A program made the translations under genes and the position numbers. Source: Anaeromyxobacter sp. (lineage in GTDB: Bacteria; Myxococcota; Myxococcia; Myxococcales; Anaeromyxobacteraceae). From it: a DNA stretch of 64,000 nt. Shown here piece after piece: positions 11,312 through 21,463 of the stretch. Below the pieces are notes generated by a model. The model was not told where the DNA came from and did no database searches. It saw only the letters and a list, made by a program, of their open reading frames with translations. The DNA lies in assembly GCA_049840735.1 (NCBI GenBank), contig JASGJN010000006.1, forward strand, positions 34,079 to 98,078, read 5' to 3'. Numbering within the stretch: the stretch's first letter is position 1; every line of letters starts with the position of its first letter.

Positions 11312-12076
11312 CTAGCGTACCTCCGGCCGCCTGCGCGACCAGGAGAGCGTGACGCTGCGGCGCCAGGCCGCCCCGCCGTGCGCCCGGGCCAGCGCGCGGG
11401 CGTCGGCCAGCAGCGCGGCCAGCCCGACCGGCCCCAGCGCCGGGCCGGCGAAGGAGAGGGAGCGGAGCACCGCGTCCAGCCGGTCGGGCTCGAGCAGCAC
11501 CTCGTGCTCGAACCGCTCCTCGACCGGCGGCGGCAGGCCGGCCACCGAGACGAACAGCTCCACCGGCGGGAGCGCCGGGCGGGCCTTGGCGTTGGCGGCG
11601 GCCAGCCGCCCGGAGAGGGCGCGGAGGAAGGGCGTGTCGGCCAGCAACGGCGTCACCACCGCCAGCGCGCCGCCGGGCGCGAGCAGCCGCCCGGCCTCGC
11701 GCCCTCCGCGCTCCGGATCGACCCACTGCAGCGCGTCCGCCAGCACCACCAGGTCGAAGCCACCGGCCGGCAGCCCGGTCTCCTCCGCGGCGGCGTGGAC
11801 CGGGTGGACCGGGGAGCGCTGCGCCTCCAGCGCGTCGAGCATGCCCCGGGCCGGCTCGACGCCCCAGACCTCCGCACCGGCCGCCGCCAGCGGCACCGCC
11901 AGGAGCCCGGTGCCCGCTCCCAGGTCGGCCACCCGGGCGCCGGTCCCGCCGGCCAGGGCCAGCAGCCGCCCCAGCAGCGGCGCCGGGTAGCCCGGCCGCG
12001 CCGCGTAGTCCGCGGCCAGCCGGTTGAAGACCCAGCGGCCATGATCGTCCGGGGAGATGCGGGCGCGGCGGGACAC
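11312..12076 (-). CDS. Class I SAM-dependent methyltransferase
   Basis: [37 protein letters not shown]. Confidence 0.88.
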   Translation of the reverse strand: MSRRARISPDDHGRWVFNRLAADYAARPGYPAPLLGRLLALAGGTGARVADLGAGTGLLAVPLAAAGAEVWGVEPARGMLDALEAQRSPVHPVHAAAEETGLPAGGFDLVVLADALQWVDPERGGREAGRLLAPGGALAVVTPLLADTPFLRALSGRLAAANAKARPALPPVELFVSVAGLPPPVEERFEHEVLLEPDRLDAVLRSLSFAGPALGPVGLAALLADARALARAHGGAAWRRSVTLSWSRRRPEVR

Positions 12077-12134
12077 GGGCGGAGGCTACCACGGCCCCCC
12101 TGGTCTGCTGCTGGCCCGGCCCCCAGCTTCAGGC

Positions 12135-13535
12135 ATGGCCCGCCCCGCGCCCGCCGACGCCCTGGTGTTCTTCGGGGCCACCGGCGACCTGGCCTTCAGG
12201 AAGGTCTTCCCCGCCCTGCAGGCCATGGTCCGGACCGGCGCGCTGACGGTGCCGGTGGTGGGCGTGGCCAGGGCCGGCTTCACGCGCGAGCGGCTCGTCC
12301 AGCGCGCCCGCGAGAGCGTGGAGGCGCACGGCGGCGGGGCCGATCCGCGCGCCTTCCCGGCGCTGGCGGCGCTGCTCCGCTACGTGGACGGCGACTACGG
12401 CGACGAGGCCACCTTCACGGCGCTGCGCCAGGTGCTCCGCGGCGTCTCGCGGCCGGTCTACTACATGGCCATCCCGCAGGCGCTCTTCCCGGTGGTGGTG
12501 GCGCAGCTCACGCGCGAGGGGTGCCCCGCCGGCGCGCGGCTGGTGCTGGAGAAGCCGTTCGGCAACGACCTGGCCTCGGCCCAGGCCCTCAACGCCGTCC
12601 TGCGCCGGTGCTTCGCGGAGCGCGACCTGTTCCGCATCGATCACTACCTGGGGAAGAACGCGGTCCAGAACCTGGTCTTCTTCCGGTTCGCCAACGCCTT
12701 CCTGGAGCCGCTCTGGAACCGGCAGCACGTGGCGCGGGTGGAGATCTCCATGGCGGAGGAGTTCGGCGTCCGCGGGCGCGGCGCCTTCTACGACGGCGCC
12801 GGCGCCATCCGCGACGTGATCCAGAACCACCTGCTGCAGGTGGTCTCCAACGTGGCCATGGAGCCGCCGCCGGTGACCGCCGACCCGGAGGCGATCCGCG
12901 ACGAGAAGGTGAAGGTGCTGAAGGCCATCCCGGCGCTGCGCCCGGCCGACGTGGTGCGCGGCCAGTTCCAGGGGTACCGCGACGAGCCGGGGGTCCGCCC
13001 GGGCTCCACCGTCGAGACCTTCGCCGCGGTGCGGCTGCAGGTGGACAGCTGGCGCTGGCAGGGGGTGCCCTTCTACGTCCGCGCCGGCAAGCGGCTCTCG
13101 CAGACGCGCACCTGGGTGGTGGTGCGGCTGCGGCGACCGCCGGCGCTCTTCGCCGGCCACGCTCCGCTCCCCAACGAGCTGCGCTTCCAGCTCACCCCCG
13201 CCACCGAGATCGCGCTGCACGCCACGGTGAAGGAGCCGGGGGAGGGCTACCGCGGGCACCAGGTCCGGCTGGTGGCCACCCACACCCACGACTCCCGCGG
13301 CGAGGAGGACGCCTACGCCGAGCTGCTCACCGACGCGCTGGAGGGCGAGACCTTCCGCTTCGCGCGCCAGGACTACGTGGAGGAGGCCTGGCGGATCGTC
13401 GATCCGGTGCTGGGGGACGCGGCGCCGGTCCACCCCTATGCGCCCGGCAGCTGGGGCCCGCCGGAGGCGGCGGCGCTCTCGCCTGAGGGGTGGAGCGCGC
13501 CGGAAGAGGTGCCGGAGCCTCCGGACGGTGGCTGA
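12135..13535 (+). CDS. zwf: Glucose-6-phosphate 1-dehydrogenase
   Basis: [43 protein letters not shown]. Confidence 0.96.
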   Translation: MARPAPADALVFFGATGDLAFRKVFPALQAMVRTGALTVPVVGVARAGFTRERLVQRARESVEAHGGGADPRAFPALAALLRYVDGDYGDEATFTALRQVLRGVSRPVYYMAIPQALFPVVVAQLTREGCPAGARLVLEKPFGNDLASAQALNAVLRRCFAERDLFRIDHYLGKNAVQNLVFFRFANAFLEPLWNRQHVARVEISMAEEFGVRGRGAFYDGAGAIRDVIQNHLLQVVSNVAMEPPPVTADPEAIRDEKVKVLKAIPALRPADVVRGQFQGYRDEPGVRPGSTVETFAAVRLQVDSWRWQGVPFYVRAGKRLSQTRTWVVVRLRRPPALFAGHAPLPNELRFQLTPATEIALHATVKEPGEGYRGHQVRLVATHTHDSRGEEDAYAELLTDALEGETFRFARQDYVEEAWRIVDPVLGDAAPVHPYAPGSWGPPEAAALSPEGWSAPEEVPEPPDGG

Positions 13536-13567
13536 GCCGCGGCCCCGGGTGTGCTAGAGCACGGCGC

Positions 13568-13942
13568 ATGACCGGCGTATCGGAGGAGACCCGGGCCGCG
13601 GCCCGCCGCGCCCTGGCGCTGGGCGACGAGGCCCTGCTGGCCCAGTGCGAGGAGACCTTCTTCGTCGCCAGCGGCCCGGGCGGCCAGCACCGCAACAAGA
13701 CCGAGAGCGGCGTGCGGCTGGTGCACGGGCCGACCGGGCTGGTCGTGACCGCCACCGAGCGGCGCAGCCAGCTGCAGAACCGCGGCGCGGCGCTGGAGCG
13801 GCTGCGCGAGCGGCTCCGCCCGCTCACCATCCGGCCCAAGGTGCGCCGCCCGACGCGCCCGACCCGCGGCTCGCAGGAGCGGCGCATCGCCGAGAAGAAG
13901 CGGCGCGGGGAGCGGAAGGCGGGAAGGAAAGGGTGGGACTGA
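13568..13942 (+). CDS. Peptide chain release factor-like ribosome-rescue hydrolase (ArfB/YaeJ-like)
   Basis: [20 protein letters not shown], basic tail [25 protein letters not shown]. Confidence 0.85.
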   Translation: MTGVSEETRAAARRALALGDEALLAQCEETFFVASGPGGQHRNKTESGVRLVHGPTGLVVTATERRSQLQNRGAALERLRERLRPLTIRPKVRRPTRPTRGSQERRIAEKKRRGERKAGRKGWD

Positions 13943-13968
13943 AAGGCCTCGGCCCGCGGTGTGCCCGC

Positions 13969-14018
13969 CCGTTCGGGCTGAGCGTAGCGAGCCCCCAGGG
14001 CTCGCGGAGTCGAAGCCC
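13969..14018 (+). repeat. REP-like intergenic stem-loop element, copy 1
   Basis: CCGTTCGGGCTGAGCGTAGCGAGCC..GGCTCGCGGAGTCGAAG, near-identical to the reverse complement of 41225-41273; lies between convergent genes. Confidence 0.75.
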
Positions 14019-14022
14019 GGCG

Positions 14023-14409
14023 CTACCAGCGCCGCACGGGCGGCGGCGCAGGCGGCTCGGCGGCGCGCGACGGCAGCGGCACCGGCTCCACCAGCCCGGC
14101 CTTCACCAGCCGGTCCACGGCGGCGCGGATCTCGGTGGGGCTGGCGCCGGCGTCCTCCAGCGAGCGCGCCAGGTCGGCCAGGCCGCGCGGCTTGGCCCGC
14201 AGCTCGGCCAGCAGCACCCCGTCGCCGGCGGCCACGCCCAGCGGCGCGGCCCAGGCGGCCAGCGCGGCGTCCAGCGCGCCGCGGCCCACGCCGCGCGCCT
14301 CCTGGACAGCGGCGCGGTAGGCCTCGTCGGCGGTGGTCCCCGCCTCGGAGACGGTGAACTTCTGGCCCCGCGGCCAGCGCGGTCCGTCCGACGTCTTCCC
14401 GTGGAGCAT
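14023..14409 (-). CDS. Hypothetical protein, possible C-terminal winged helix
   Basis: 128 aa; ends DLARSLEDAGASPTEIRAAVDRLVKAGLVE. Confidence 0.6.
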   Translation of the reverse strand: MLHGKTSDGPRWPRGQKFTVSEAGTTADEAYRAAVQEARGVGRGALDAALAAWAAPLGVAAGDGVLLAELRAKPRGLADLARSLEDAGASPTEIRAAVDRLVKAGLVEPVPLPSRAAEPPAPPPVRRW

Positions 14410-14569
14410 TGCGTCGCACGGTATCCGCCCGCCTCCCCCGCTTGTCAACCACCCCGGGCTGCTCGCCGGGCCGCGAGCAGCCGCTCGCCCGCCGTCCGGG
14501 GCTGCCGGCCGCGGCGGGTGGCCACGCCTCGCCATGCCCGCGGGTGGGAGGCCGGCGTACAGCCCGGGC

Positions 14570-14848
14570 TCAGGCCGTCGCCGCCGCGGGGCGCGGGCGG
14601 CGCCGTTGCCGCCGGTCGATGGCCAGGCCGACCAGCGCGCTGAGGAGGATGAGGCCGTTGGTCACGCTGAAGACCGCGTTTCCCAGCAGGATGCTGTAGG
14701 TGGTGAAGCCCACCGACGCGGTGGTCTGGCCGGCGAAGAGCCAGCGGGAGACGCCTTCCCCGGTCCCCTCCCGCCACTGCTTCGTCACCTGCCGGGCCAG
14801 CGTGGCCAGCAGCACGGCGGAGCTGAGCCAGCCGATGATCTCGGTCAC
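14570..14848 (-). CDS. SemiSWEET/PQ-loop-like small membrane protein
   Basis: 92 aa, three hydrophobic segments; IIGWLSS..RQV.KQW....EGVS.W...YSILLGN.VF..TN. Confidence 0.7.
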   Translation of the reverse strand: MTEIIGWLSSAVLLATLARQVTKQWREGTGEGVSRWLFAGQTTASVGFTTYSILLGNAVFSVTNGLILLSALVGLAIDRRQRRRPRPAAATA

Positions 14849-14968
14849 GGGGTCACGATGCGGCGGCCGGCCCCGCCCGGCACGGTGCGCGCCGCCGCCG
14901 CCGTTGATCGGCGCCGGGCCCCGGGCGAGACTGTCCCCAGGCCGGCGCCCGCCGGCCCTGGAGGCCCC

Positions 14969-15712
14969 GTGCTCCCTTCGCTGCTCGCCCTGGTGGTCCT
15001 CGCCGCGCCGGTCGCCGCCCCGGCCGCCGGACCCGCGTCCGAGGTCGCCGAGGCTCCGGCGGCCGCCGCGGACGTCCCGGCCGACGTGCTGATCCGGCGC
15101 TGCGTGGAGGCCTACGGGGGCGACCGCGGGCTCCTGCGCCTGGCGCGGACGCGGGCGGAGGGGACCGTCACTTCCGCGCTGCACCCGGGCGAGCTGGGGA
15201 AGGTGATCCGCACCTACGACCGGCCCGGGCGGCTGCGGCTGGAGATCCGGTTCGGCGCCGGGAGGCCGGAGGTGCGCATCCTGGACGGCGCGCGCTCCTG
15301 GCGGTACGGCCTGGAGGCGCAGCCGGCCTTCACCGCCGCGCTGCAGGTCCACGCGGCGCGGCTGGATCTGCCCGCGCTCCTCTCCAGCGGCTTCTCCCGT
15401 GTCACCGAGCGTGACGGCATCGTGGTCGAGGGGCAGCGGCTGCGGGTCCTGGCGGTGGAGGTGTCGCCGGAGGTGACGGTCGAGGCGGCGCTGGATCCGG
15501 CCACCGGGCGCATCCTGCAGGCGCGCGGCGTGGCGCGCACCGGTCCGCGCGAGCTGGAGTTCGTCACCCGGTTCGGCGACTTCCGCGTCCTCGACGGCGT
15601 GCTGATGCCCATGCGCGAGACGAGCTGGGCCAACGGCGAGCAGACCGGCGAGGCGGTGGTGCAGTCGGTCAGCTTCCCCGAGGTGCTGGAGGACCCGATT
15701 TTCCAGCCGTGA
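14969..15712 (+). CDS. Secreted beta-rich protein (outer-membrane lipoprotein-sorting/LolA-like)
   Basis: Signal peptide, CVEAYGG, LDPATGRI, FGDFRVLDGVLMP. Confidence 0.65.
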   Translation: MLPSLLALVVLAAPVAAPAAGPASEVAEAPAAAADVPADVLIRRCVEAYGGDRGLLRLARTRAEGTVTSALHPGELGKVIRTYDRPGRLRLEIRFGAGRPEVRILDGARSWRYGLEAQPAFTAALQVHAARLDLPALLSSGFSRVTERDGIVVEGQRLRVLAVEVSPEVTVEAALDPATGRILQARGVARTGPRELEFVTRFGDFRVLDGVLMPMRETSWANGEQTGEAVVQSVSFPEVLEDPIFQP

Positions 15713-15758
15713 GCGGCGGGGGCGGTTAGGCTGGGGCTCCGATCTCCAGCGAGCCGCC

Positions 15759-17153
15759 ATGACGCCCAGCGCCGCACCGTTCCCGCTCCCGCTCGACGCC
15801 TACGCCGGCGAGGCCGGCCTGACGCTGGGCCAGGTGCTCGCGCAGCGCGCCGCGGCCGACCCCTTCAACCTGCTGGCGGCCGGGCTGTTCCTGGCGGCCA
15901 TCCTCCACACCTTCGCCGCCCCGCGGATCATGGCGGCCTCGCACCACCTGCGCCACCGGCTGGAGCAGGAGCACGGCGTGGGCCATCACAGCTTCCGGGT
16001 GGAGCTGCTCCACCTGCTGGGCGAGATCGAGGCGGTCTTCGGGCTGTGGGTGGTGCCGCTCCTCGTCGCGCTGGCGGTCCGGTACGGCGCGCGCGCCCCC
16101 GAGGCCTTCCTGGGCCAGGTGCACTTCACCGAGCCGCTCTTCGTGGTGGTCATCATGGCGGTGGCCGGGAGCCGCCCGGTGCTGGTCTTCGCCGAGGGGG
16201 CGGTAGGGCTCGCCGCGAAGCTGGCCGGCGGCTCGCCGCTGGCGTGGTGGGCGTCCATCCTGACCCTGGCGCCGCTGCTGGGATCGTTCATCACCGAGCC
16301 GGCCGCGATGGTGATCGCGGCGCTGCTCCTCTCGCGCCGGGTCTTCGAGCTCGAGCCGAGCCGGCGCTTCCGCTACGCCACCCTGGGGCTGCTCTTCGTG
16401 GACGTCTCGGTGGGCGGCACCCTGACCCACTTCGCCGCGCCGCCGGTGCTGATGGTGGCGGGCCGGTTCGGCTGGGACACGCCCTTCATGCTGGCCCACT
16501 TCGGCTGGAAGGCGGCGCTGGGGATCGGGGCGGCCAACCTGATCTACGCGCTCCTGTTCCGGGCAGAGCTCCGCGCGCTGGCCACCCGGGCGGCGGCCGC
16601 CCAGGCGCAGCCGCGCCGGAGCGCCATGCCGGCCTCGGTGGTCGCGGTGCACCTGGCGGTGCTGGCGCTGCTGGTGTTCGCCGCCCACACGCCCGCCCTG
16701 CTGCTGGGGATCTTCCTCTTCTTCCTGGCGTTCCAGCAGGCCACCGCGCCGCACCAGCAGCGGCTGGACCTGCGCACCCCGCTGCTGGTCGGCTTCTTCC
16801 TGGCCGGCCTGGTGATCCACGGCGCCGGCCAGGCGTGGTGGATCGAGCCGGTCCTGTCCCGCCTGGACGTGCGCCCGCTCTTCTACGGCGCGGTGGTGCT
16901 GACCGCCTTCAACGACAACGCCGCCATCACCTACCTCGCGTCGCTGGTGCCGTCCTTCTCCGCCGCGGCGCAGTACGCGGTGGTGGCCGGCGCGGTGGCC
17001 GGAGGGGGCCTGACCGTGATCGCCAACGCCCCCAACCCCGCCGGCCAGGCCATCCTCTCGCGCCACTTCGAGGAGGGGATCCAGCCGCTGCGGCTGCTGG
17101 CCGCCGCGCTGCTGCCCACCGTGGTGGTGGGAGCGTGCCTGCTGCTGCCCTGA
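15759..17153 (+). CDS. Putative Na+/H+ antiporter (DUF1504 type)
   Basis: Polytopic; HLLGEIEAVFGLW, GSFITEPAAM, SVGGTLTHFAAPPVLMVA, NDNAAITYL, GGGLTVIANAPNPAG. Confidence 0.85.
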   Translation: MTPSAAPFPLPLDAYAGEAGLTLGQVLAQRAAADPFNLLAAGLFLAAILHTFAAPRIMAASHHLRHRLEQEHGVGHHSFRVELLHLLGEIEAVFGLWVVPLLVALAVRYGARAPEAFLGQVHFTEPLFVVVIMAVAGSRPVLVFAEGAVGLAAKLAGGSPLAWWASILTLAPLLGSFITEPAAMVIAALLLSRRVFELEPSRRFRYATLGLLFVDVSVGGTLTHFAAPPVLMVAGRFGWDTPFMLAHFGWKAALGIGAANLIYALLFRAELRALATRAAAAQAQPRRSAMPASVVAVHLAVLALLVFAAHTPALLLGIFLFFLAFQQATAPHQQRLDLRTPLLVGFFLAGLVIHGAGQAWWIEPVLSRLDVRPLFYGAVVLTAFNDNAAITYLASLVPSFSAAAQYAVVAGAVAGGGLTVIANAPNPAGQAILSRHFEEGIQPLRLLAAALLPTVVVGACLLLP

Positions 17154-17157
17154 CCGG

Positions 17158-19708
17158 CTAGGTCCCGATCCGCACCAGCGTCAGCAGCGGCAGCTCGCGG
17201 TCGTGCGGGCCGGTGAGGTCCAGCTCGCAGTGCAGCGCCCAGTCCGCCTCGCCGGTCTCGTCCACGATCCGCTGCACCGCCTCCCACCTCCGCGGCCCCA
17301 CCTCCCGCAGCAGGGTGTTGTGCGGCCTCCGCGCCAGCGGCGTCGTGTCCACCCGCTGGTGCTCCGCCCAGTACGGCGTCATGGCGGCCTCGAGGCCCTC
17401 CGCCGTCCACTCCGCCCCGGGGCGCAGCGCCGCCAGCGCGGCCGCGTGGTCCTTGCGGGCCAGCGCCACCAGCAGCGCGTGCAGCTCGTTGCGGACCCTG
17501 GCTGCGAAGGCGCGCGGGTCGGCCCAGATCGGCGGCGGGCCGAGCGCCTCCAGCGCCGCGCGCGGGTCCGCCGCGGCCGCGGCCTGGTAGGCCGGGTCGC
17601 GCAGCCGCTCCCACTCGTCGATGAGCGAGGAGTCCACGCCGCGCACGGTGGCGCGGAGGAAGGTGATCACGTCCAGCAGCTCGTCGTTGCGGTAGGTCTC
17701 GGGGACGGTCTGCACCAGCGTCTTGTAGGTCTCGGAGAGGTAGCGGAGCACCAGCCCCTCCGAGCGCTGCAGCTCGTACTCGCGCACGTAGTCGGCGAAG
17801 GTCATGAACCGCTCGACCAGCTCGCGCGCCACCGACTTGGGCCGGATGTTCTCGGCGCCGACCCAGGGGTGCTTGTCCGCGAACTCGTTGAAGGTGGCGT
17901 AGACGAAGTCGCGGTTGGGCTTCGGGTACTCCACCTTCTCCAGCTCGGCCATCCGCTCGTCGTACTCCATGCCCCGCGCCTTCATCTCGGCCACCGCCTC
18001 GCCCCGGGCGCGGTCGAGCTGCTTCCAGAGGATGACGTCGGGGTCCTCCAGGATCGACTCGACCATGGAGAGGAGGTCCAGGGCGTAGGTCTCGCGCTCG
18101 ACCGGGATGCGGGGCAGGGTGTCGAGCAGGTAGAGCGCCAGGGTGTGGAAGAGCGAGAAGTCGCGCTGCAGCCCGGGCGCTGGCCGGACGTAGGCGCCGC
18201 GGTAGCCCTCGACCCGGCGCACCTCCAGCAGCCCGGCGGCGCGCAGGGTGCGGAAGCGCTGGGCGGCGGTGCGGCGGTGCCTGGCGCGCGTGTACTCGTT
18301 CCCGTGGGAGCGGCCGATCATCTCCACCAGCCGGCCGTAGCCGCCACCCAGCTGCGCCGTCTCGCTCTGCAGGAGGTTGACCAGCAGGCCGAAGGTGACC
18401 TCGAAGCGGCTCTCCAGCGGCTCGGGCTCCTTCTGCTGCAGCTTCTCGAAGGTGCTCCGGTCGAAGTGGACGTAGCCCTTGGTGGGCGGCTGCTTCTTGA
18501 CCACCTTCTTGCCGGCGGCGGCCTTCTCCGAGAGCTTCTTGTTCTCGATGACGTGCTCGGGCGCCTGGGCCGCCACGTACCCGCGCTCGTCGAACCCCTT
18601 GCGGCCGGCCCGGCCGGCGATCTGGTGGAAGTCGCGCGCCGAGAGGATGGCGGTCTTGGTCCCGTCGAACTTGCAGAGCTGCGTGAAGAGCACGGTGCGG
18701 ATGGGGATGTTCACGCCCATGCCCAGGGTGTCGGTGCCGGAGACCACCTTGAGGAGACCGCCCTGGGCCAGCTTCTCCACCAGCAGCCGGTACTTGGGCA
18801 GCAGGCCGGCGTGGTGCAGGCCCACGCCGTGGCGCAGGTAGCGCTGCAGGTCCTTGCCGTAGGGCGAGTCGAAGCGGAACCCCTCCAGCGCCGCGGCGAT
18901 GCGCTGCTTCTCCTCCTTCGAGGAGAAGTTGGCGCTCATGAGGTTCTGCGCCTGCTCGGCGGCGGCGCGCTGGGTGAAGTTGACCAGGTAGATGGGCGCC
19001 TTCCCCGCCTCCACCAGCTGCTCCAGCGTCTCGTGGAGCGGGGTCTCGCACCAGGTGTGCTCCAGCGGCACCGGGCGCACCGCCCCGCGCACCTGCGCCA
19101 GCTCCCGGCCGGTCAGGGCCCGGAGCCCCTCCTCCACCACGCCGGTGTCGCCGAGCGTGGCGGACATGAGCAGGAAGCGGGTCCGGGGGAGCATCAGCAG
19201 CGGCACCTGCCAGGCCACGCCGCGCTCGCGGTCGCCGTAGTAGTGGAACTCGTCCATCACCACCGCGTCCACCCTCGGCGCCGCCTCGCGGACCGCCAGG
19301 TTCATGAGGATCTCGGCGGTGCAGCAGATGACGGGGGCGTCGCGGTTCACGGCCGCGTCGCCGGTCATCATCCCCACGTTCTCCGGGCCGAAGAGGCGGC
19401 ACAGGTCGAAGAACTTCTCGTTCACCAGCGCCTTGATCGGGCAGGTGTAGAACGAGCGCTCCCCGCTGGCCATGGCCTGGAAGTGGAGGAAGGTCGCCAC
19501 CAGCGACTTGCCCGAGCCGGTGGGCGTGGCCAGCACCAGGTGCTTGCCGTCCAAGAGCTGCAGCAGCCCCTCCTCCTGGTGCGGGTAGAGGGAGAGGCCG
19601 GTGCTGGTCACCCAGGAGACGAACCGAATCCAGGATCGCGTCGGGGGCGAGGACCTCGCCGGGCGGCGGGAGCAGGCGGGCGAGCGGGGCGTCCGGGGTC
19701 GCGGTCAT
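17158..19708 (-). CDS. Ski2-like DEAD/DEAH helicase with a DUF3516-type C-terminus (frameshift at ~19628)
   Basis: PTGSGKS, PIKALVNEK, DEFH, MSAT, HHAGLLP, QIAGRAGR; true N-terminus MTATPDAP joins after removing one base. Confidence 0.9.
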
Positions 19709-19840
19709 GGCGCGGCCTTCGTACCGCGCCGGGCGCGCCGACGCCAGGCCGGATCACGCCGGGGACACGCCTGCCGGACGCGGGGCTTCGCGCGGGGCGA
19801 GGCCTCTCCCGAGGCCCGCGGCCCGGCGCCTGGGGTCCCG

Positions 19841-21448
19841 CTAGACCTTGAACCCCTCGGCGATGCCGGAGATGCGCGTGGCGGTCTCGCCCACCTGCTG
19901 CGCCGACTCCTGCAGCGAGCGGAGCCGGCCCACCGTCTCCTCCATGCCCTTCTCCAGATCCCGCATGGCCAGGGCGATCTGCCGGATGCCGGTGCTCTGC
20001 TCCTCCACCGCGCTGGCGATGTGGAGCGCGGCGTCGCTGGTCTCGCGGACGATCTCGCCGATCTCGCGGAGGCTGTCGCCCGAGGCGGCCACCTGGGCCA
20101 GCGAGCCGCCCACCCGCTGGCTGCCCTTCACGGTGATGTCGAGCGTGGACTGCACCGCCTCGAGGATGTCCTGCACCATGTGCGAGATCTTGCCCGCCGC
20201 CGAGCTGGACTGCTCGGCCAGGGCGCGCACCTCGCTGGCCACCTGGCCGAAGTCCTCGCCGGCCTGGCCGGCGCGGGCCGCCTCGACCGCGGCGTTGAGC
20301 GAGAGGACGTTGGACTGGGTGGCCAGGTCGCGCACCGTCTCGACGATGTCGCCGACCTGCCGGGCCTGCTCGAAGAGCCGGGTGGACTGGCCCACGATGG
20401 CCTCGACGCTGGCCTGGATGCGGCGCAGCTCCTCCACCGACTTCTCGGCGGCAATCCGGCCCGTCTCGCTCGTGGAGGCGGCGCGGCGCGCCACGTCCAG
20501 CACCGAGGCGGCGCGCGTGGCGGCCACCGCGGAGGTCTGCTCCAGCTCGTGGGTGGTGGTGCTGGTCTCGGCCACGCCGCTGGCCTGCCGCTCCAGCAGG
20601 CCGCCCTGGGCCCAGGTCAGCTCGGAGAGCTGCTCGGCCGCGGAGCCCAGCTCCTGCGAGGACTGCTTGAGGGTGCCGACGATGTCGCGCAGCCGCTCCA
20701 CCATGCGGCGGAAGGAGCCGGCCAGCTCGCCCACCTCGTCGGAGGAGCCGACCGGCACGTCCAGGGTCAGGTCGCCCTCGGCGATCTTGAGCGTGACCTC
20801 GTTGAGGCGCCGCAGCGGCTTGGCGGTGGTCCGCCCCACCCACCAGGCCAGCCCGGCCCCCAGCACGCAGGCCACGGCCAGCATCAGCGCCCCCGTCGTC
20901 AGGGCGCCCCGCTGCGCCTGGCGCGCCTCGCCGAACCCGGCCGCCAGCGTGGCGCGGGTCTCCTGCGAGAGCGTGGTGAGCGCCTCCGCCAGCTTCTGGT
21001 GCGCGGCCATGGTGTCGTTCAGCTCGGCCAGCTGCTCGTCGGTGGCCTCGCCGTGGGAGGCGCGCCGGGCGAGCTCGCGGGCGTGGGCGTAGTAGGCCTC
21101 GAGCTGCGCCTTGAGCGCGGTCGTCCGCTCGGCGCCCAGCAGCTCCGCGTCGGCGGTGAACCGCGCCGCCAGCGCGTCCTTGGTCGTGTCCACGTCCTCC
21201 AGCGCGGCGGTGTCGCTGGCGGCCGCCGCCGCCCGCAGCGCGCGGTGGACGTGCTCCAGCCCGGCCGAGAGCTCCTCGACCTCCTGGAGCGCGTGGTAGT
21301 CGCGCGACTCGATCTGGGCGAGCCGCTGGCCGGCGCGCATGGTGGACAGGGCCATGGTCGTGACGCCCGCCGCCAGCGCCGCGACCACCGTCACGGCGGT
21401 GGGCAGCAGCATCTTGCGGCGGAGGTTGGAGGCGCGGGGGGTGGGCAT
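19841..21448 (-). CDS. Methyl-accepting chemotaxis protein (2 TM, periplasmic helical sensor, HAMP)
   Basis: HAMP PLRRL...GDLT..DEVGELAGSF; signalling tip VLSLNAAVEAARAGQAGEDFGQVASEVRALA. Confidence 0.92.
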   Translation of the reverse strand: MPTPRASNLRRKMLLPTAVTVVAALAAGVTTMALSTMRAGQRLAQIESRDYHALQEVEELSAGLEHVHRALRAAAAASDTAALEDVDTTKDALAARFTADAELLGAERTTALKAQLEAYYAHARELARRASHGEATDEQLAELNDTMAAHQKLAEALTTLSQETRATLAAGFGEARQAQRGALTTGALMLAVACVLGAGLAWWVGRTTAKPLRRLNEVTLKIAEGDLTLDVPVGSSDEVGELAGSFRRMVERLRDIVGTLKQSSQELGSAAEQLSELTWAQGGLLERQASGVAETSTTTHELEQTSAVAATRAASVLDVARRAASTSETGRIAAEKSVEELRRIQASVEAIVGQSTRLFEQARQVGDIVETVRDLATQSNVLSLNAAVEAARAGQAGEDFGQVASEVRALAEQSSSAAGKISHMVQDILEAVQSTLDITVKGSQRVGGSLAQVAASGDSLREIGEIVRETSDAALHIASAVEEQSTGIRQIALAMRDLEKGMEETVGRLRSLQESAQQVGETATRISGIAEGFKV

Positions 21449-21463
21449 GTCGTCGTCCCTGAC

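Noticed and set aside
9503..13486. Very long alternative-frame ORFs (e.g. 9503-13486, 19601-23077, 27945-31499, 30296-33427)
   Set aside because: They are Arg/Gly/Pro/Ala-rich shadow frames typical of high-GC DNA and overlap well-supported genes
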